Positions 24,901 through 38,162 of a DNA stretch of 64,000 nt are shown here, piece by piece. The notes beneath the pieces are model-generated. The model was not told the origin of the DNA. It ran no database searches and worked only from the letters and a program-made list of their open reading frames with translations. The translations under genes were made by a program, and so were the position numbers. Location: positions 1 to 64,000 of the forward strand of contig MU061560.1 in the NCBI GenBank assembly GCA_013265495.1. Direction: 5' to 3'. Origin of the DNA: Vicugna vicugna (lineage: Eukaryota). Within the stretch, counting starts at the first letter, position 1. The number at the start of each line of letters is the position of its first letter.

Positions 24901-27017
24901 GAATATTCTCCAGGATAGATCACATGCTAGGTGACAAAGAAAGCCTCTGTAAATAAAAAAAAAAAAAAATTGAAATCATACCAAGCATCGTTTCTGACCA
25001 CAATGCTATGAGATTAGAAATCAACTACAAGAAAAAAACTGCAAAAAAAAAAAAACACAAACACATGGAGCCTAAACAATATGCTATTGAGCAACCAATG
25101 GATCATTGAAAAAATAAAAGAGGAAATCAATAAAAGAGGAAAAAAAAAAGAGGAAATCAAAAAAAGCCTAAACAATATGCTATTGAGCAACCAATGGATC
25201 ACTGAAAAAATAAAAGAGGAAATTAAAAAAAAAAAACCTAGAGAAAAGTGAAAATGAAAGCACGAGTATCCAAAACCTATGAGACACAGCAAAAGCAGTT
25301 CTAAGAGGGAAGATTATTGCAATACAAGTTCACCTCAAGGAAAAAAAGAAATATCTCACAGAAATAACCTCACCTAATACCTAAAGCAACTAGAGAAAGA
25401 AGAAAAACAAGAACAACAACAACAACAACGAAAAAAACCCAAAGTTAGTAGAAGGAAAGAAATCATAAAGATCAGAGCAGAAATAAATGAAATAGAGACC
25501 AAGAAAGAAAGAAAGAAAGAAATGCTAGTTCTTTGAAAAGATAAACAAAATTGATAAACCTTTAGCAAGACTCATCAAGAAAAAAAGAGAGAGGGGCTCA
25601 AATCAATAAAATCAGAAATGAAGGAGAATTTACAGCTGACAGTACAGAAATACAAAGGACCATAAAAGACTACTATGAGCAACTATACACCAATAAAATG
25701 GACAACCTAGAAGAAATAGAAAATTCTTAAAAAGGTACAACTTTCCAAGACTGAACCAGGAAGAAATAAAAAATGTGAACAGACCAATTACCAGTACTGA
25801 AATTGAATCAGTAGTTTTAAAACTCCCAAGAAACCAAAGTCCAGGATGAGATGGCTTCACAGGTGAATTTTACCAAACATTTACAAAAGAAGAAGAGTTA
25901 ATGCCCATCCTTCTCAAGCTATTCAAAAAAAATTGCAGAGGAAGGAATACTTCCAAACTCATTCTGAGGCCACCATCACCCTGATGTCAAAACCAGATAA
26001 AGATACCACAAAAAAAGAAAATTATAGGCCAATATCACTGATAAACATAGATACAAAAATCCTGAACAAAATGCTAGCAAAGTGAATCTAACAATACATT
26101 AAAAGGATTATACACAATGATCAAATACGATTTACCCCAAAGATGCAATGATTTTTCAATATCTGCAAATCAATCAAAGTGATACATCATATTAACAAAG
26201 TGAAGAATAAAAGCCATATGAGCATCTCAATAGACACAGAAAAAGCTTTTGATAAAATTCAATATCCATTATGTTTAAAAACCCTGCAGAAAGTGGGCAT
26301 AGAGGGAACATACCTCAACATAATAAAGGCCATATATGACAAACCCACAGCTAACATCATACTCAATAGTGAAAAGCTGACAGCATTTCCTCTAAAATCA
26401 GGAACAAGACAAGAATGCCCCTTCTCACCACTTTTATTCAACATAATTTTGGAAGTCCTAGCCACAGCAATCAGAGAAGAAAAAAAAATTAAAGAATCGA
26501 AATTGGAAAAGAAGAAGTAAAACTGTCACTGTTTGCAGATGACATGATGCTATACATAGAAAATCCTAAAGACGCTACCAAAAACTACTAGAACTCATAA
26601 TAAATTCAGTAAAGTTGTAGGATACAAAATTAATACACAGAAATCTGTTGCATTTCTATATACTAACAATGAAATATCAGAAAGAGAAATTAAGGAAACA
26701 ATCCCATTTACCATTGCATCAAAAAGAAAAAAATATCTAGGAATAAACCTCCCTAAGGAGGCAAATGACCTATACTCCAAAAAATATAAGATGCTGATGA
26801 AAAAGAAATTGAAGAGAACACAAACAGATGGAAAAATATATCATGTTCCCAGATTGGATGAATCAGTATTGTTAAAATGGTCATACTACCCAAGGCAATC
26901 TATAAATTCAGTGCAATCTCTACCAAATTACCAATGGCATTTTTCAAAGAATTAGAGCAAAAACTTTAAAAAATTTGTATGGAAACTCAAAAAACCCCAA
27001 ATAGCTAAAGCAATCTT

Positions 27018-27274
27018 TTTTTTTTTTTACATTTTTTATTGATTCATAATCATTTTACAGTGTTGTGTCAAATTCCAGTGTTCAGCACAATTTTTCAGTC
27101 ATTCATGGACATATACACACTCATTGTCACATTTTTTTCTCTGTGATTTATCATAACATTTTGCGTGTATTTCCCTGTGCTATACAGTGTAATCTTGTTT
27201 ATCTATTCTACAATTTTGAAATCCCAGTCTATCCCTTCCCACCCTCTACCCCCCCCGCCCCGTAACCACAAGTC
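27018..27274 (-). mobile_element. young short L1 3'-end insertion
   Basis: Poly(T) at left. Perfect 15-bp TSD AGCTAAAGCAATCTT (27003-27017 / 27275-27289). Nearly identical to 56002-56274. Confidence 0.95.
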
Positions 27275-28307
27275 AGCTAAAGCAATCTTGAGAAAGAAGA
27301 CTGGAGCTGGAGGAATCATGCTTTCTGGCTTCAGACTATACAACAAAGTTTTAGTAATCAAAACAGGATGGTACTGGCACAAAAACAGACACATAGATCT
27401 AATGGAACAGGATAAAAAATCCAGAAATAAACCCACATAGTTATGGTCAATGAATTTATGACAAAGGAGGCAAGAATATACTATGGAGAAAAGACGGTGT
27501 CTTCAATAATTTGTACTTGGAAAACTGGACAACTACCTGTAAAAGAATGAAATTAGAACATTGTCTAACATCACATACAAAAGTAAACTCAGATGAATTA
27601 AAGACCTAAATGTAAGACTGGATACTATAAAATACCCAGAGGAAAACATAGACAAAACACTGTTTGACATAAAACACAGCAATATTTTTTGGATCCATCT
27701 CCTATAGTAATGGAAATAAGAACAACAATAAAGAAATGGGACCTAACTAAACTTAAATGCTTTTGCACAGCAAAGGAAAACATAAACAAAATGAAAAGAT
27801 AATCTACAGAATGGGAAAAGATATTTGCAAACAATGCGACTGACAAGAGATTATTTTCAAGAATATACAAACATCTTATACAGCTCAATATCAAAAAAGT
27901 AAACAACCCAATCAAAAAACGAGCAGAAGATCTAAGTAGACATTTCTCCAAAGAAGACATGTAAATGGCCAACAGGCACATGAAAATATGCTCAACATCA
28001 CTAATTATTAGAGAAATGCACATTAAAACTACGGTGAGGTATCACCTCACACCAGTCAGAATGGCCATCATCAGGAAGTTTACAAATAATAAATGCTGGA
28101 GAAGGTGTGGAGAAAAGGGAATCCTCCTACAACGTTGAGGGGAATGTAAATTGGTGCAGCCACTATGGAGAACAATATGGAAATGCCTTAAAAACCTAAA
28201 AATAGAGTTACCATATGATCCAGCATTCTTGCTCCTTGGATGTATAGCTAGAGAAAACTTTAATTTGAAAAGCTACATGAACCCCAATATTCATAGCAGC
28301 ATTAGTT

Positions 28308-28326
28308 TGTGTTTAGTTTAGTTTAG

Positions 28327-28374
<48 letters not shown>

Positions 28375-28502
28375 TGGGAGGTAATTAGGTTTATTTATTT
28401 ATTTATTTATTTATTATTTTTAGAGGAGGTACTGGGGATTGAACCTTGGACCTCATGCATGCTAAGCACACGCTCTACCACTTGAATTATACCTCTCCCT
28501 CT
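28308..28502 (-). mobile_element. vic-1-like SINE with (CA)n-expanded tail
   Basis: GAGGTACTGGGGATTGAACC...CTCTACCACTTG, internal GGTAATTAGGTTT, (TG)n at about 28330-28373. Degenerate TSD beginning ATAGCAGC. Confidence 0.9.
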
Positions 28503-29074
28503 ATAGCAGCGCTATTTACAATAGCCAAGACATGGAAGCAACCTAAGTGTTCATCAATAGACAACTGGATAAAGAAGATGGGGTAAATTTATACACAATG
28601 GAATAATACTTAGCCATAAAAAATGAGATAATGCCACTTGCATCAACATGGATGGACTACATTGCTAGAGATTATCACACTAAGTGAAGTAAGTCAGACA
28701 GGGAAAGACAAATATATGATATCACTTATATGTGGAATCTAAATATATGGCACAAATGAACTTATTTACAAAGCAGAAGTAGACTCACAGACATAGAAAA
28801 CAAACTGTGGTTACCAAAGGGGAAAGGGAGGGGGATAAATTAGGAGTTTGGGATTAATATATACATATGACTATATACAAAATAGATAACCAACAAGAAC
28901 CTACTATATAGCACAGGGAACTATGTTCAATATCTTGTAATAACCTACAGTGGAAAAGAATCCAAAAAAGAATAGATAAATATATGTAAAACTGGATCAC
29001 TTTGCTGTATAACCAAAACTAACACAACATTGTAAATTAACTATACTTTGATGAAGAAAGTAAAATAAAATAAA

Positions 29075-29640
29075 GAGAATATTTAGAATAATAAGAAAAA
29101 AGAGATGAGGTTTGAATTGTGGAGAATAACCACATTTAAAGAGAGGTAAAGGGAAAAAATTAGCAGTGGAAGCTGAGAAAAAGTAATGAGCCCGTTAGGA
29201 CAGAAGCCAGGAAGAGAACGGTGTCACAAAGCCATGAAAAAGAGAGTCATGGAAAACAATTGCTACAGAGACGAAGGGCTGAAAAATGTGTTGGAATTTT
29301 CAACCAAGAAGTCCTTGCAATGTCTCAGTGATCTGGGGGTTGCAGTTCCATTGGAGAGGTTGAGGTGCAGGTCAAGTTGCTGTGGGCCAAAGAAATGGGC
29401 AATGAGGAAGTGATGGTGTGTGCAGACTCCATCTTTCAGGAACTCAGCCTTGGAGATGGAGTGGTAACTAGAGCGGAACCTATAGTCTAGGAAGGGTTTG
29501 TTTGTTTTTCACAAGAAGGTATAGCAGTGAAGCTTCGGGAGTATCACTTCAGAGCATCTAGAACCAAGATAGGGGAAGAGCTAGCGAAAGGAAGTACTTC
29601 AAGTTGCAAGAGCGGAAAGGGATTGATGGAGGTGGAAGAC
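29075..29640 (-). mobile_element. L2 fragment (continues 24690-24800)
   Basis: Purine-rich L2-like motifs (CCACATTTAAAGAG, GAGAACGGTGTCACAAAGCCA). Confidence 0.55.
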
Positions 29641-29641
29641 G

Positions 29642-30640
29642 TGTGGTGACCAGACTCCAAGATGGCCGCCGATGATCCCTGCTTCCTGGAGTCACAGCCT
29701 CTGTCATCCCTCCCATCTTGTACCAGGGATGGTCTGCGTGACTGACTGAATATGGCGTAAGTGATGCTATATTGCTTCTTAGAAGAGGTTATAAAAGATA
29801 CGGCAGTTTCTGTCTTGGTGGTATTTCTCTGTCTCCCTCCCTCTCTCACCTTCATCATTTGCTCTGAGGGAAGCCAGCTGCCATTTCATAAGCAACCCTG
29901 TGGAGAGCCAGACGTGGTGAAGAAATGAGGCTTCTTGTCAACAACGTGTGTGAATAAGCTCGAGAGTGCATCCTCCCACTCAGTTAAGCCTTCAGATGAC
30001 TGCGGCCTGGCTGACATTTTGGCTATAACTGCATGAGGTGCCCTGAACCGAAACTGCTCTGCTAAGCTGCTCCCAGACTTCACCATCTGAAATGGTGTGA
30101 GATAAAAGTGTTTATTGTTTTAAGTCTCAAGTAGTTTGTTGTGCAGGGTAAGGGAGGAGAAGGTTTTTCTCAGCCCTCTTAAGGTTAAGGCCGGGTCTGA
30201 AAATTCAACAGGGACAGACTAGCAGGAAAAAAGCATACAAATTTATTTCATGTAAGTTTTATGTGACATGGGAAATGTCATACGGAAAGGAAGACCCAAA
30301 GAAGCAGTTAGACCTGTGCATTTTATGCTAGGTTCAAGGAAGAGTGTGGTAACTTGCGGGCCACCAAGCAAGGCCTGTTTGTTGGCATTCCTCCTGGTGT
30401 CCCTTTTATCTTTGGAGATAAGGATGCGCCTTTCCTCCGGGTATAGGGAGGGCACCTTTCACAGGGGGGTTTTTATGACCTGTTTCAAGGCAGACTGGCA
30501 GAGGGAAGGTCAGAGTGACCTTCTTGCTTCCCCTGTTTTCTCAAACTCCTTCAGCTTAAAATATTCAACATACAAAGGTGCCATATTGGGGGGGGGTAGC
30601 ATGTCCTGAACCTCATGAGCAGAAATAGATAAATAATACA
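29642..30640 (+). mobile_element. MLT1E/F-like solo LTR split by an ERV LTR
   Basis: TGTGGT...CTCCAAGATGGCC start, AAGCCTTCAGATGACTGCGGCC, and AATAGATAAATAATACA end. Confidence 0.85.
30142..30616 (-). mobile_element. ERV1-type solo LTR nested in MLT1
   Basis: TG...CA block interrupting MLT1. Minus-strand AATAAA; terminal motif GGTGCCATATTGGGG...TAGCATGTCCTGAACC. Confidence 0.75.
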
Positions 30641-30828
30641 GGCGGGATTGGCTCCGGGCAGGAGGATGGGCTCTGCTCCCTCTGAGAAGCTGAGTCTGGC
30701 CATTTTTATAAGTTCCTGTTCTTTAAGCTTACCCTTTATTGTTTAGGTGTGGTCTCTTACAATGTTTCTAGTTCTAACCTACAAAGTAGACTTAAACCAT
30801 TTTTATTGCTCATTAAAAAATATTTGAA

Positions 30829-30974
30829 GTGGGGAGGGTAAAGCTCAGTGGTAGAGCACGTGCTTGGCATGCACAAGGTCCTGGGTTCAATCCCCGGTAC
30901 CTCCATTAAAAACAAGTGCATAAAAAAATAAATCTAATTACCTTTCCCTCCCAAAAATAAAATAAGTAAATAAA
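30829..30974 (+). mobile_element. vic-1-like SINE
   Basis: GGGGAGGGTAAAGCTCAGTGGTAGAGC...GGTTCAATCCCCGGTACCTCCA, CTAATTACC spacer and A-tail. TSD TAAAAAATATTT(G/A)AA. Confidence 0.93.
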
Positions 30975-32104
30975 TAAAAAATATTTAAAACGTTAGAATC
31001 TCCTACTTTCTGTAACATCCTACTCAAAGTTGGCCATAATACCTCTTTTCTTAGCTGATATCCATCTAATCATTCATTTGATAAAAATTTATTGTGGGAC
31101 GTTATTCTGAGCTTTAGAGAAAGCAGTGTTGCTTTTAAAGTGATTAGTAGAGGGATAGGTGAGCTGTTTGCTCGTATACTCAAATTATCCAGCCATAAGA
31201 CTTTGCTGAACAAAGCAGTATGGGTGTTAGCATAACAGCATGAACAAATACTCAGCTAGCTTCCGTGAGTAATTATCCAGGCGGAGAAAAATGACATATA
31301 CTAAAAACCCACACATGCGTGAAGAACAATCTGAGAATGTATCAAATCAAAATTGTGTTCAAAGCAAAAATCATGTTTGCATGACGAACGGTAGAATACC
31401 AGTTAAGACAAATGAATACCCTTGATCATAGAACAATGAGAAATTCTTTCAGCAAGCGGGTGTAGCTGCCAAATGGGATCATATAAAAAAGAATGAAGGG
31501 AAAACTAATTTTGAGGGTATAACCAGGTGGAACTGAAGCTGATTCTTGAAGTTCTGCTTCAGGTTATCTAAGAGAGTTGCGCTCTCCTTTTAACCATTTA
31601 TGATAAGTGTAAGATTCAAGAGTAAAAAATTATTCTGCTGGTGAAGGTAACTTACCGCAGTAGTAAATCTGTACATTTTCCAATCATTTCCATGATTTAT
31701 CTCAGACCTTTACTTTTGTATTCATTTTAGAAAGGACTTATGTGTAAACCATTATGCAAAGTTTAAAATGCCAAATATGCCTTTAAAAATTTAAAGGAAG
31801 TGGGTTTTACACCAGAAATTGACACAATGTAACTGACTATACTTCAAAAAAATTTTTTTAAATTGTCAAACTCTAAAAAACAGAGGATTTTGCTCTTAAC
31901 AAAAGAGTTTTTAACCACTTTCTATTCTCCTTTGTTGTATTTTGGATTTCACCAGGTTGGAGCAGGCTGGACCACGGTAGGAGCCCAGAGCCTGACCAGG
32001 TCATGGCTGAGCAAAGGTGACCAGATTAATTGTCTGTCAGAACAGAGAAAGGTCCAACCCAGTGGGCAAGGCATAGTTTTCATGGTTTCCCATTCACATC
32101 TGTA

Positions 32105-32335
32105 GGAAAAGTTACCGTACTTGGAAATGGAAGACCTTGATTCTAATCCTGGTTTTATGACTTAGCAGTGATACTGAGCAAGACTTTACTCCTGAGTCTT
32201 AATGTCTCTTTCACAAAATAGAACTAAAAAAACCCCTGCCATTATCACATTCTGATTTTTTTTCTTGAAGGTCAAATGAGCCTCACATTAAATACATGTG
32301 AAACCATTTTTCTAAGCTTTAAAGTACTATAAACA
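32105..32335 (+). mobile_element. MIR fragment
   Basis: GACCTTGATTCTAATCCTGG...GAGCAAGACTTTACTCCTGAGTCT...GAAGGTCAAATGAG resembles the MIR core. Confidence 0.55.
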
Positions 32336-33621
32336 TACTATTATTTATATTTTGATATAAATCATTGATACTATTATCATTCCTTCTTACCTTGAATCTT
32401 TATGTTCTTGTCAAAAGCTATGATAGACTTTAGGTCTTGAATACAACTTGAGAAATGCTAATAGCTAACGCTGAAAAAAATAAAAACCATATCTTTAAAA
32501 AAATTAACATTTGAAATTAACTTTTGAATCAGAGAATAATGCCTAAAACAAATATATATTACTGAAAAACATTAAAAAATGTATCTCTTTGAGATTTCAA
32601 GGACTTTGTATCTAGCACCCTAGAATGGACCCCATTTTCCCAACACCAAAAAGCTGACCTGTTAGCATTTGCTATTACAAATGGTTGCCACAAAACCAAA
32701 ATAATGGAGATTTAATTTATGGATTATTTGAAAGGCAAGTCCCTTAAGATATTTACAAATATTTTTTCTGATTGTAAATATGATACATTCACTGTAGAAA
32801 TTTTGGAAATTCGATATACATATAAAGAAAAGAATTATTATACCTTGTAATCACATTACTCATAGATAGTTGCTGTTAACATTTTTGCATAGTTTTTCCA
32901 ATTTCCTCCTCCCTCTTGTCTGCTTTTCTCCACATTTTTAATTATAAGCAGTACTACAATATTATGTAATGTTTCCAAGCTCAACTTTTGCTATTATATT
33001 CTAAAATTTATTTTTTGCATGTAAATTCTGATTTTTTTTAGATCTAGAATCTAAAAATCTTTTTAGAAAAGATCTGAATTTGTTTCAAAGGTAAATATTT
33101 TTCCAAGGAACTCAAGTTCAAAATCTTGTACTATTCTAAACTCCTCTTTTTTTTTTTCTTATGGGAAATCATCTGAATTGACTTGGTTCTAATTCAAATC
33201 TGGATTCTATCCTATTAATTCTTTCCTTTCTGTTTCTGTTACCATGGCCCTGGTCCTGTTTTCTCAGCTCTGGATGACTGAAGTCATTTTCTGACTGACC
33301 TCCTTCTTTCTCATCTCTTTTCTTTATAACCTATTTTACAAACCTTATTAATGTATCATTACCCAGCTCAAAAATACTGACTGACTGTAGCAAAAGTCCC
33401 AAGCCGGAGCTCCAAGGCTGGATATACTCGGCAGATTTGTATTTTAATTTGCTGGAATTCTTTAGATGGGCCATATGCTTCAGTGATTTGTGTTATTTGC
33501 GTGGCCTCTAGGTTTCCAAGTATGGCTGAACAGATTTTGCATTGTATAAATCCAGGCGGCAAGGTGCAAATCGCACCCACTAGAGTTGTAGAATGTACAG
33601 CCTGTACAATCAGCACAACAC

Positions 33622-34124
33622 TGTAACAGAAAAGAACAAATCTGACTCCATATTAGATCTGTTTCTGTGGCTTTCACCCTGTGCCCTGTTTTCTAGGCTT
33701 AGTCTTGCTGGCTCTGCACCTTTTGTAAAACAATGTTGCCTTTAGCCTGAAATAGACAGGAGAGCCTGTTCTCAAGGCTCTGACCTTTAAGGTATTAACA
33801 CTTTTGCGCTTATAACAAGTTGCAGAATGGAAAATGACCTTTGTTTTGTTAGGGGTATTACAGGGTCACCATGACCTGACCCACATGGACAGCTCTAAGA
33901 ACAAAGAATTCCTACACCAAGAAGTTTGCACCAACCAACCACACCCCATCCCCTTTTTACTATAAAAGGAGCCTGAATGCTGCTTTGGGTAAGATGGTCC
34001 TCCAAGATAGTAGCCTGCCATCTTCTCAGTCTGCCGGCTTTCCAGATACAGTCGCTATTCCTTGCCCCAATACTGCATCTCCTGATTTATTGCAGCAAGC
34101 AGAACGAGTTTGGACTCGGTAACA
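33622..34124 (+). mobile_element. ERV1-type solo LTR, family A, copy 3
   Basis: TGTAACAG...GGTAACA, the reverse complement of the other copies. TATAAAAGGAGCC at about 33961. TSD ACAC / ACAT. Confidence 0.92.
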
Positions 34125-36631
34125 ACATCCCCTGATTTATTGCAGCAAGCAGAACGAGTTTGGACTTGGTCCTGCTGAAGGCTGTGGATGTTGGAGGTTC
34201 TGCACTCTCATATATGTACTATGAAAAGGAAAACTGACACCTAGTCTCACCTCGTCCACCGTAACAGCTAATCAAGCCCATCCTGTCCCACAGCCTGGAA
34301 ACAGCTGACATTCCTCAAAGTCTTGCATGCTAAGATAAACCATGAAAAACAGAAATATTCTAAAAGCCTTGAATTCCAAGATAAACCATAAAGTTGTTTT
34401 TTTATTCAAAAGACAGAAACATCTTGTTTTTCTTTTTATCAAAATGGATCCTAAAATTACCCAGTCAGAATTGTCCACTACCATTTAACAAGCTGAGTTA
34501 TCACCTCACCTTGTGATTTTTCTATGCAAATGATTCTTATTTTCTTGATTAGTTGTCTCTTTTGTAAATGTAGGTTAAAACTCTAGTCAGTTCTTGAATT
34601 TGTCTCTGAGCTTTGCAGAAGAAAGTGTAAAACTTCTTAAATCTTTTAATTCCAAACTTTACAACGTGGACCTTCAGACCCTTAAGTTTTCTCCGTTGCC
34701 TAAATATTACACTTGAGACAAACTGACTTCTCAGATAATCTCAATTCTCTGTTGTATTTCTCCTTCCTCTGATCTTTCTTCCCTCTTTTTCCTCTCCTCT
34801 GAATCTGCATCACTTCCATTCTTTAAGGCCCATTTCAATCCCACCTCCTTCATGAAGTATGCTTAGCCACCTCAGTTTTATCCTTTTTTCCCTAATTCTT
34901 TCTGCCCTTATTATCTGCTTTATTATTTATTTGTCACTGTGTACATCCTACATGTATATGTATTTTTCTTATTCATTTTAATTATCTTTTTTCCTTATTA
35001 TAAAAATAAACTGTTCAATGTAAAATGCAGAAATATAAAGGAGCAAAATGAAATGTTGAAACACTTGTAATAAAACAATAAATACCCAAAAAAGCTAATT
35101 GAATATCTGTATCATCTTGGGATGGAGAAGATTCATCTAGTCTGATGCCAAAAGGTATAAACCTTAAATTTAGAAACAACAATTTGACTTCATAGAAGTG
35201 TTAACATTTCTATATATTTGTTCCATGGAGTAAAACATGAAGCATCTTTGCCAGGTGAGTTTTCAGCTTTTAGAAAAGTGCCAGTAATGTTCTGTTGATT
35301 TCAAAAGGGGCTGATTTCCTTGTCAGTAACATACAAAAATATGGCCAGCCTCTCCAGATCTTGATTAATAGCAGCACATAGCTCTACAAAGCCCATTTGC
35401 TGTTGTAAAGAGAGGGTAAAAATATGCAGAACATTGATATTAGGATAGAAACTGTCAGTATTACTAGCGCCTTTGGTTTTAGACAGAATCTAAGCCGTTC
35501 CAGCAAGAAAATAATTGAAATTTCGTGATCGCTGGGAATGAAACTTCTAAATAGGAGATTGTAGTTAGTCACTATCATTTAGTCTTAGGGCTAAAAGAAA
35601 AGCTGTTGGATTGGTCATTAATACTTTTGACATTTGAAGCCAAAAAATAAATTTTTTTAACACCCAAGGGAAAATCTAATAAATCTCTGAGTACTTTGTA
35701 ACAAATAAAGCACCTTCAAACTACCCTGAATTGCCACTCTGTGTTCTAACCTGTTGGGTGGGCGAGGTCCAAGTATAGTCTGGGACATTCTCTGCTTCCC
35801 TAATCTCTATTCTACGCACACCCTTTAGTTCTTACCCTAGATGCCTCTTGGAGTTTTCATCCTTTATTAGAAACGACTGATATTTTCTCAAACTTATGGA
35901 AAATGTAAATAAATATATTTATTGCTCTAGAATATGTAATCTAAGTAGAAAACGGTGAACTTAGTGTGCAAATCAAGAAAGTGTGGAGAAAGTCCTGCTG
36001 CTGCCCTCCCTTCCAGATCAAGAATGCTGGTGATCGGGGATGGCAGCTTGGCTGGCGTGAGAGAATGATGAACAGCGCAGCATGATGGAGATTTGTGTAG
36101 GGCTAATTCTTTGAGAAAAGAAGTCTTTTTCTCACATGAAAGGATTTATGTGGACAGTTCATTTAAATTATGGAAGCACTAATGCCTCCTCTTGTCACAG
36201 CCCGTTTCCAACCAAATTGTGAGCCCCAAGCCCAACTGCAAAAAATTCTGGAGCTGGCGCCGCTGTAAATCTTTCTGGCAGATCTATCTTCACCCTCATT
36301 TCCATTCTATCCTCCAGAAGGCAAAGGGAAGGGAAGAAAGAAAATAATATTTACTATGCACTTAAAATGTGTGACATGCAATCATTTTATATTTAATAAC
36401 ACATTTATTCTTCTCAACAATTTAGGAGGTGTATACTATAATTGGTCTTATTTTGAGGATGAGGAAACTGAAGTGCCGATAAGTTAAGTCACCTGCTCAA
36501 GGTCATTGTGAAAAGAACTATGTCAGGAATGACTGAAACGTGACTTGAGGACCTCCATGTTTGCATCCAGGCTGGACTTTTGCTGAACACTCTAAATTAA
36601 AACTGCTGAATAGTTGCTGAGTTGCCAAAAA

Positions 36632-37078
36632 TGTTGCCAAAAGACTGGCCTCTGTACCCCAATAGCCAAATTGAGAGTTGGAGGCAGAGCTTTGGGGGGA
36701 CAGAGAAGAAGGGTTTTATTGCTTTGCCAGGCAAAGGGAGTCACAGCGGGCTAGTGCCTTTAAGACCGTGAGCCCTTCTTGCGGTAAGGGTCCTGTGGTT
36801 TTATAGAAAAATGGGAGCAGGAGGGTGATAACAGTCAGGGTGTGAGCAGGGGCTACATTTCTTTCTTTTTGATAAGAAGTTGTTATGGAGGAATTTAGGA
36901 GGCTCTGACCATTTTCTTGAGGTTCACTGCATGACCTTCTTCAAGAACTCTAGGGTAAAAGGACGAGTTATTCTAAGAAAAGAGTGCACAGGGAAGGGAG
37001 CGTGTTAGTAATAAGATCAGTTTAGAAGGACAGGCGTGAACAACTCAGTAGCCATCTTGTTAGTTTCCTACTCTTTCA
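36632..37078 (-). mobile_element. 3' LTR of a truncated ERV
   Basis: TG...CA termini, minus-strand TATAAAA and AATAAA. Adjoined by a PPT-like segment (AATTCCCAC on +) and env. Confidence 0.8.
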
Positions 37079-37252
37079 AATTCCCACTGTCAGTTAATTC
37101 CCTCCATTTCTTTAGAAAAAGCGAAATGGGAGCCGATCTCCTCTGGCCGCTTCCTGCTGAACTGGAGCATCATCCAGGGATTCTTCCAGTGGACGGAACG
37201 AACATGATCATACCAGTTCTCAGGGGGTTCTAGAAGGGTCTTGGCGACCCTT

Positions 37253-37603
37253 TTACAGAGAAGAAGAATACAACAAAATATAAGTCAAAAAAAGTAAATA
37301 GGTTCCTAGAACTATAAACAAGAGGGAGAAAAGGAACTGAAATCTCCCTGGGAAAATACATCTTAGTTTCCAGGCAATCCAGGAAAACAGATTGGAGAAC
37401 CAATTGGAGACTCCTGACATGACCTCAGCAGAGCAGGCGTTCGAGTCATGTACCGCATGAATCTGACTTCTCATATGTCGGAGGGATGCTGTGATACTGC
37501 CACTTTCATCTGGAATGAAAGCACGGCATTCATTGTGAATTACTGCACAGGTCCCCTCCTGGGCAGTGATCGGAACATCCAAAGCCATTTGATTTTGTAA
37601 CAG
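37253..37603 (-). pseudogene. env: ERV env transmembrane-subunit remnant (gamma-type)
   Basis: Open frame LLQNQMALDVPITAQEGTCAVIHNECRAFIPD (immunosuppressive domain and CX6C[C>R]), then hydrophobic anchor FQFLFSLLFIVLGTYLLFLTYILLY and a stop. No SU, furin site or fusion peptide. Confidence 0.88.
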
Positions 37604-37654
37604 ACAAGAAATTGGGGACTTGTTCCAGGCAAGACCCCAGAGGTCTTGCTATTT

Positions 37655-38162
37655 CTTCTTTTTTTTTTTTTAACACTTTTATTATGATACAGTTCCTGTA
37701 CAATAAACTACACCTATTTCCAATGTACAATTTGATTAATTTTGATTGATGTACACACCCTTGAAACCACCACCAACAATCAAGATAGCTAACATTTCCA
37801 TCACTCCCTGAGAGGTGAAATATTCAAATTTCCAATTTATCTCTTTCCACCCCTTTTATCCCCTGGTAACTATAAATTTGTTCTCTGTGAGTCTGTTTTT
37901 GTTTTGTAGATCAGTTCATTTGTGTCCTTTTTTTTTTAAAGATTCCACATGTAAGTGATATCATATGGATTTTTCTTTCTGTTTCTGACTTACTTCACTT
38001 AGAATGACGATCTCCAGATCCATCCATGCTATTGCAAATAGCATCATTTAATTCTTTTTTATGGCAGAGTGGTATTCCATTGTATTCCATTGTATTTACC
38101 ACATCTTCTTTATCCAGTCATCTGTTGTTGGACATTTGGGTTGTTTCCATGTCTTGGCTATG
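37655..38162 (-). mobile_element. L1 3'UTR insertion with chimeric 3' terminus
   Basis: Poly(T) at left. TSD GGTCTTGCTATTT / GGTTCTGCTATTT. The terminal ~150 bp is shared with 44113-44333. Confidence 0.85.

Larger units (their letters stand above)
24805..29072 (+). mobile_element. 5'-truncated L1 (~4.3 kb, disrupted ORF2 and 3'UTR) inserted in L2
   Basis: The RT ORF at 26179-26520 ([12 protein letters not shown]...[21 protein letters not shown]) is followed by a frameshifted LFADDM. Many stops; full 3'UTR and A-tail. Confidence 0.95.

Noticed and set aside
26179..26520. Reverse transcriptase ORF as a functional CDS
   Set aside because: Fragment of a 5'-truncated L1 with many stops and frameshifts; the FADD motif is out of frame.
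30831..30906. tRNA-Ala-like gene
   Set aside because: Has a SINE spacer, A-tail and TSD, and four sister copies in the window. It is a SINE, not a tRNA.
34076..34170. Direct repeats resembling a CRISPR unit
   Set aside because: Mammalian DNA, only two copies, and both derive from the LTR U5.
35995..36090. Possible terminal exon after the CCCTCCCTTCCAG acceptor (IKNAGDRGWQLGWRERMMNSAA*)
   Set aside because: Peptide not recognised and no supporting neighbouring exons.
36247..36265. CTCF-like motif TCTGGAGCTGGCGCC
   Set aside because: Several mismatches at core positions; expected by chance.
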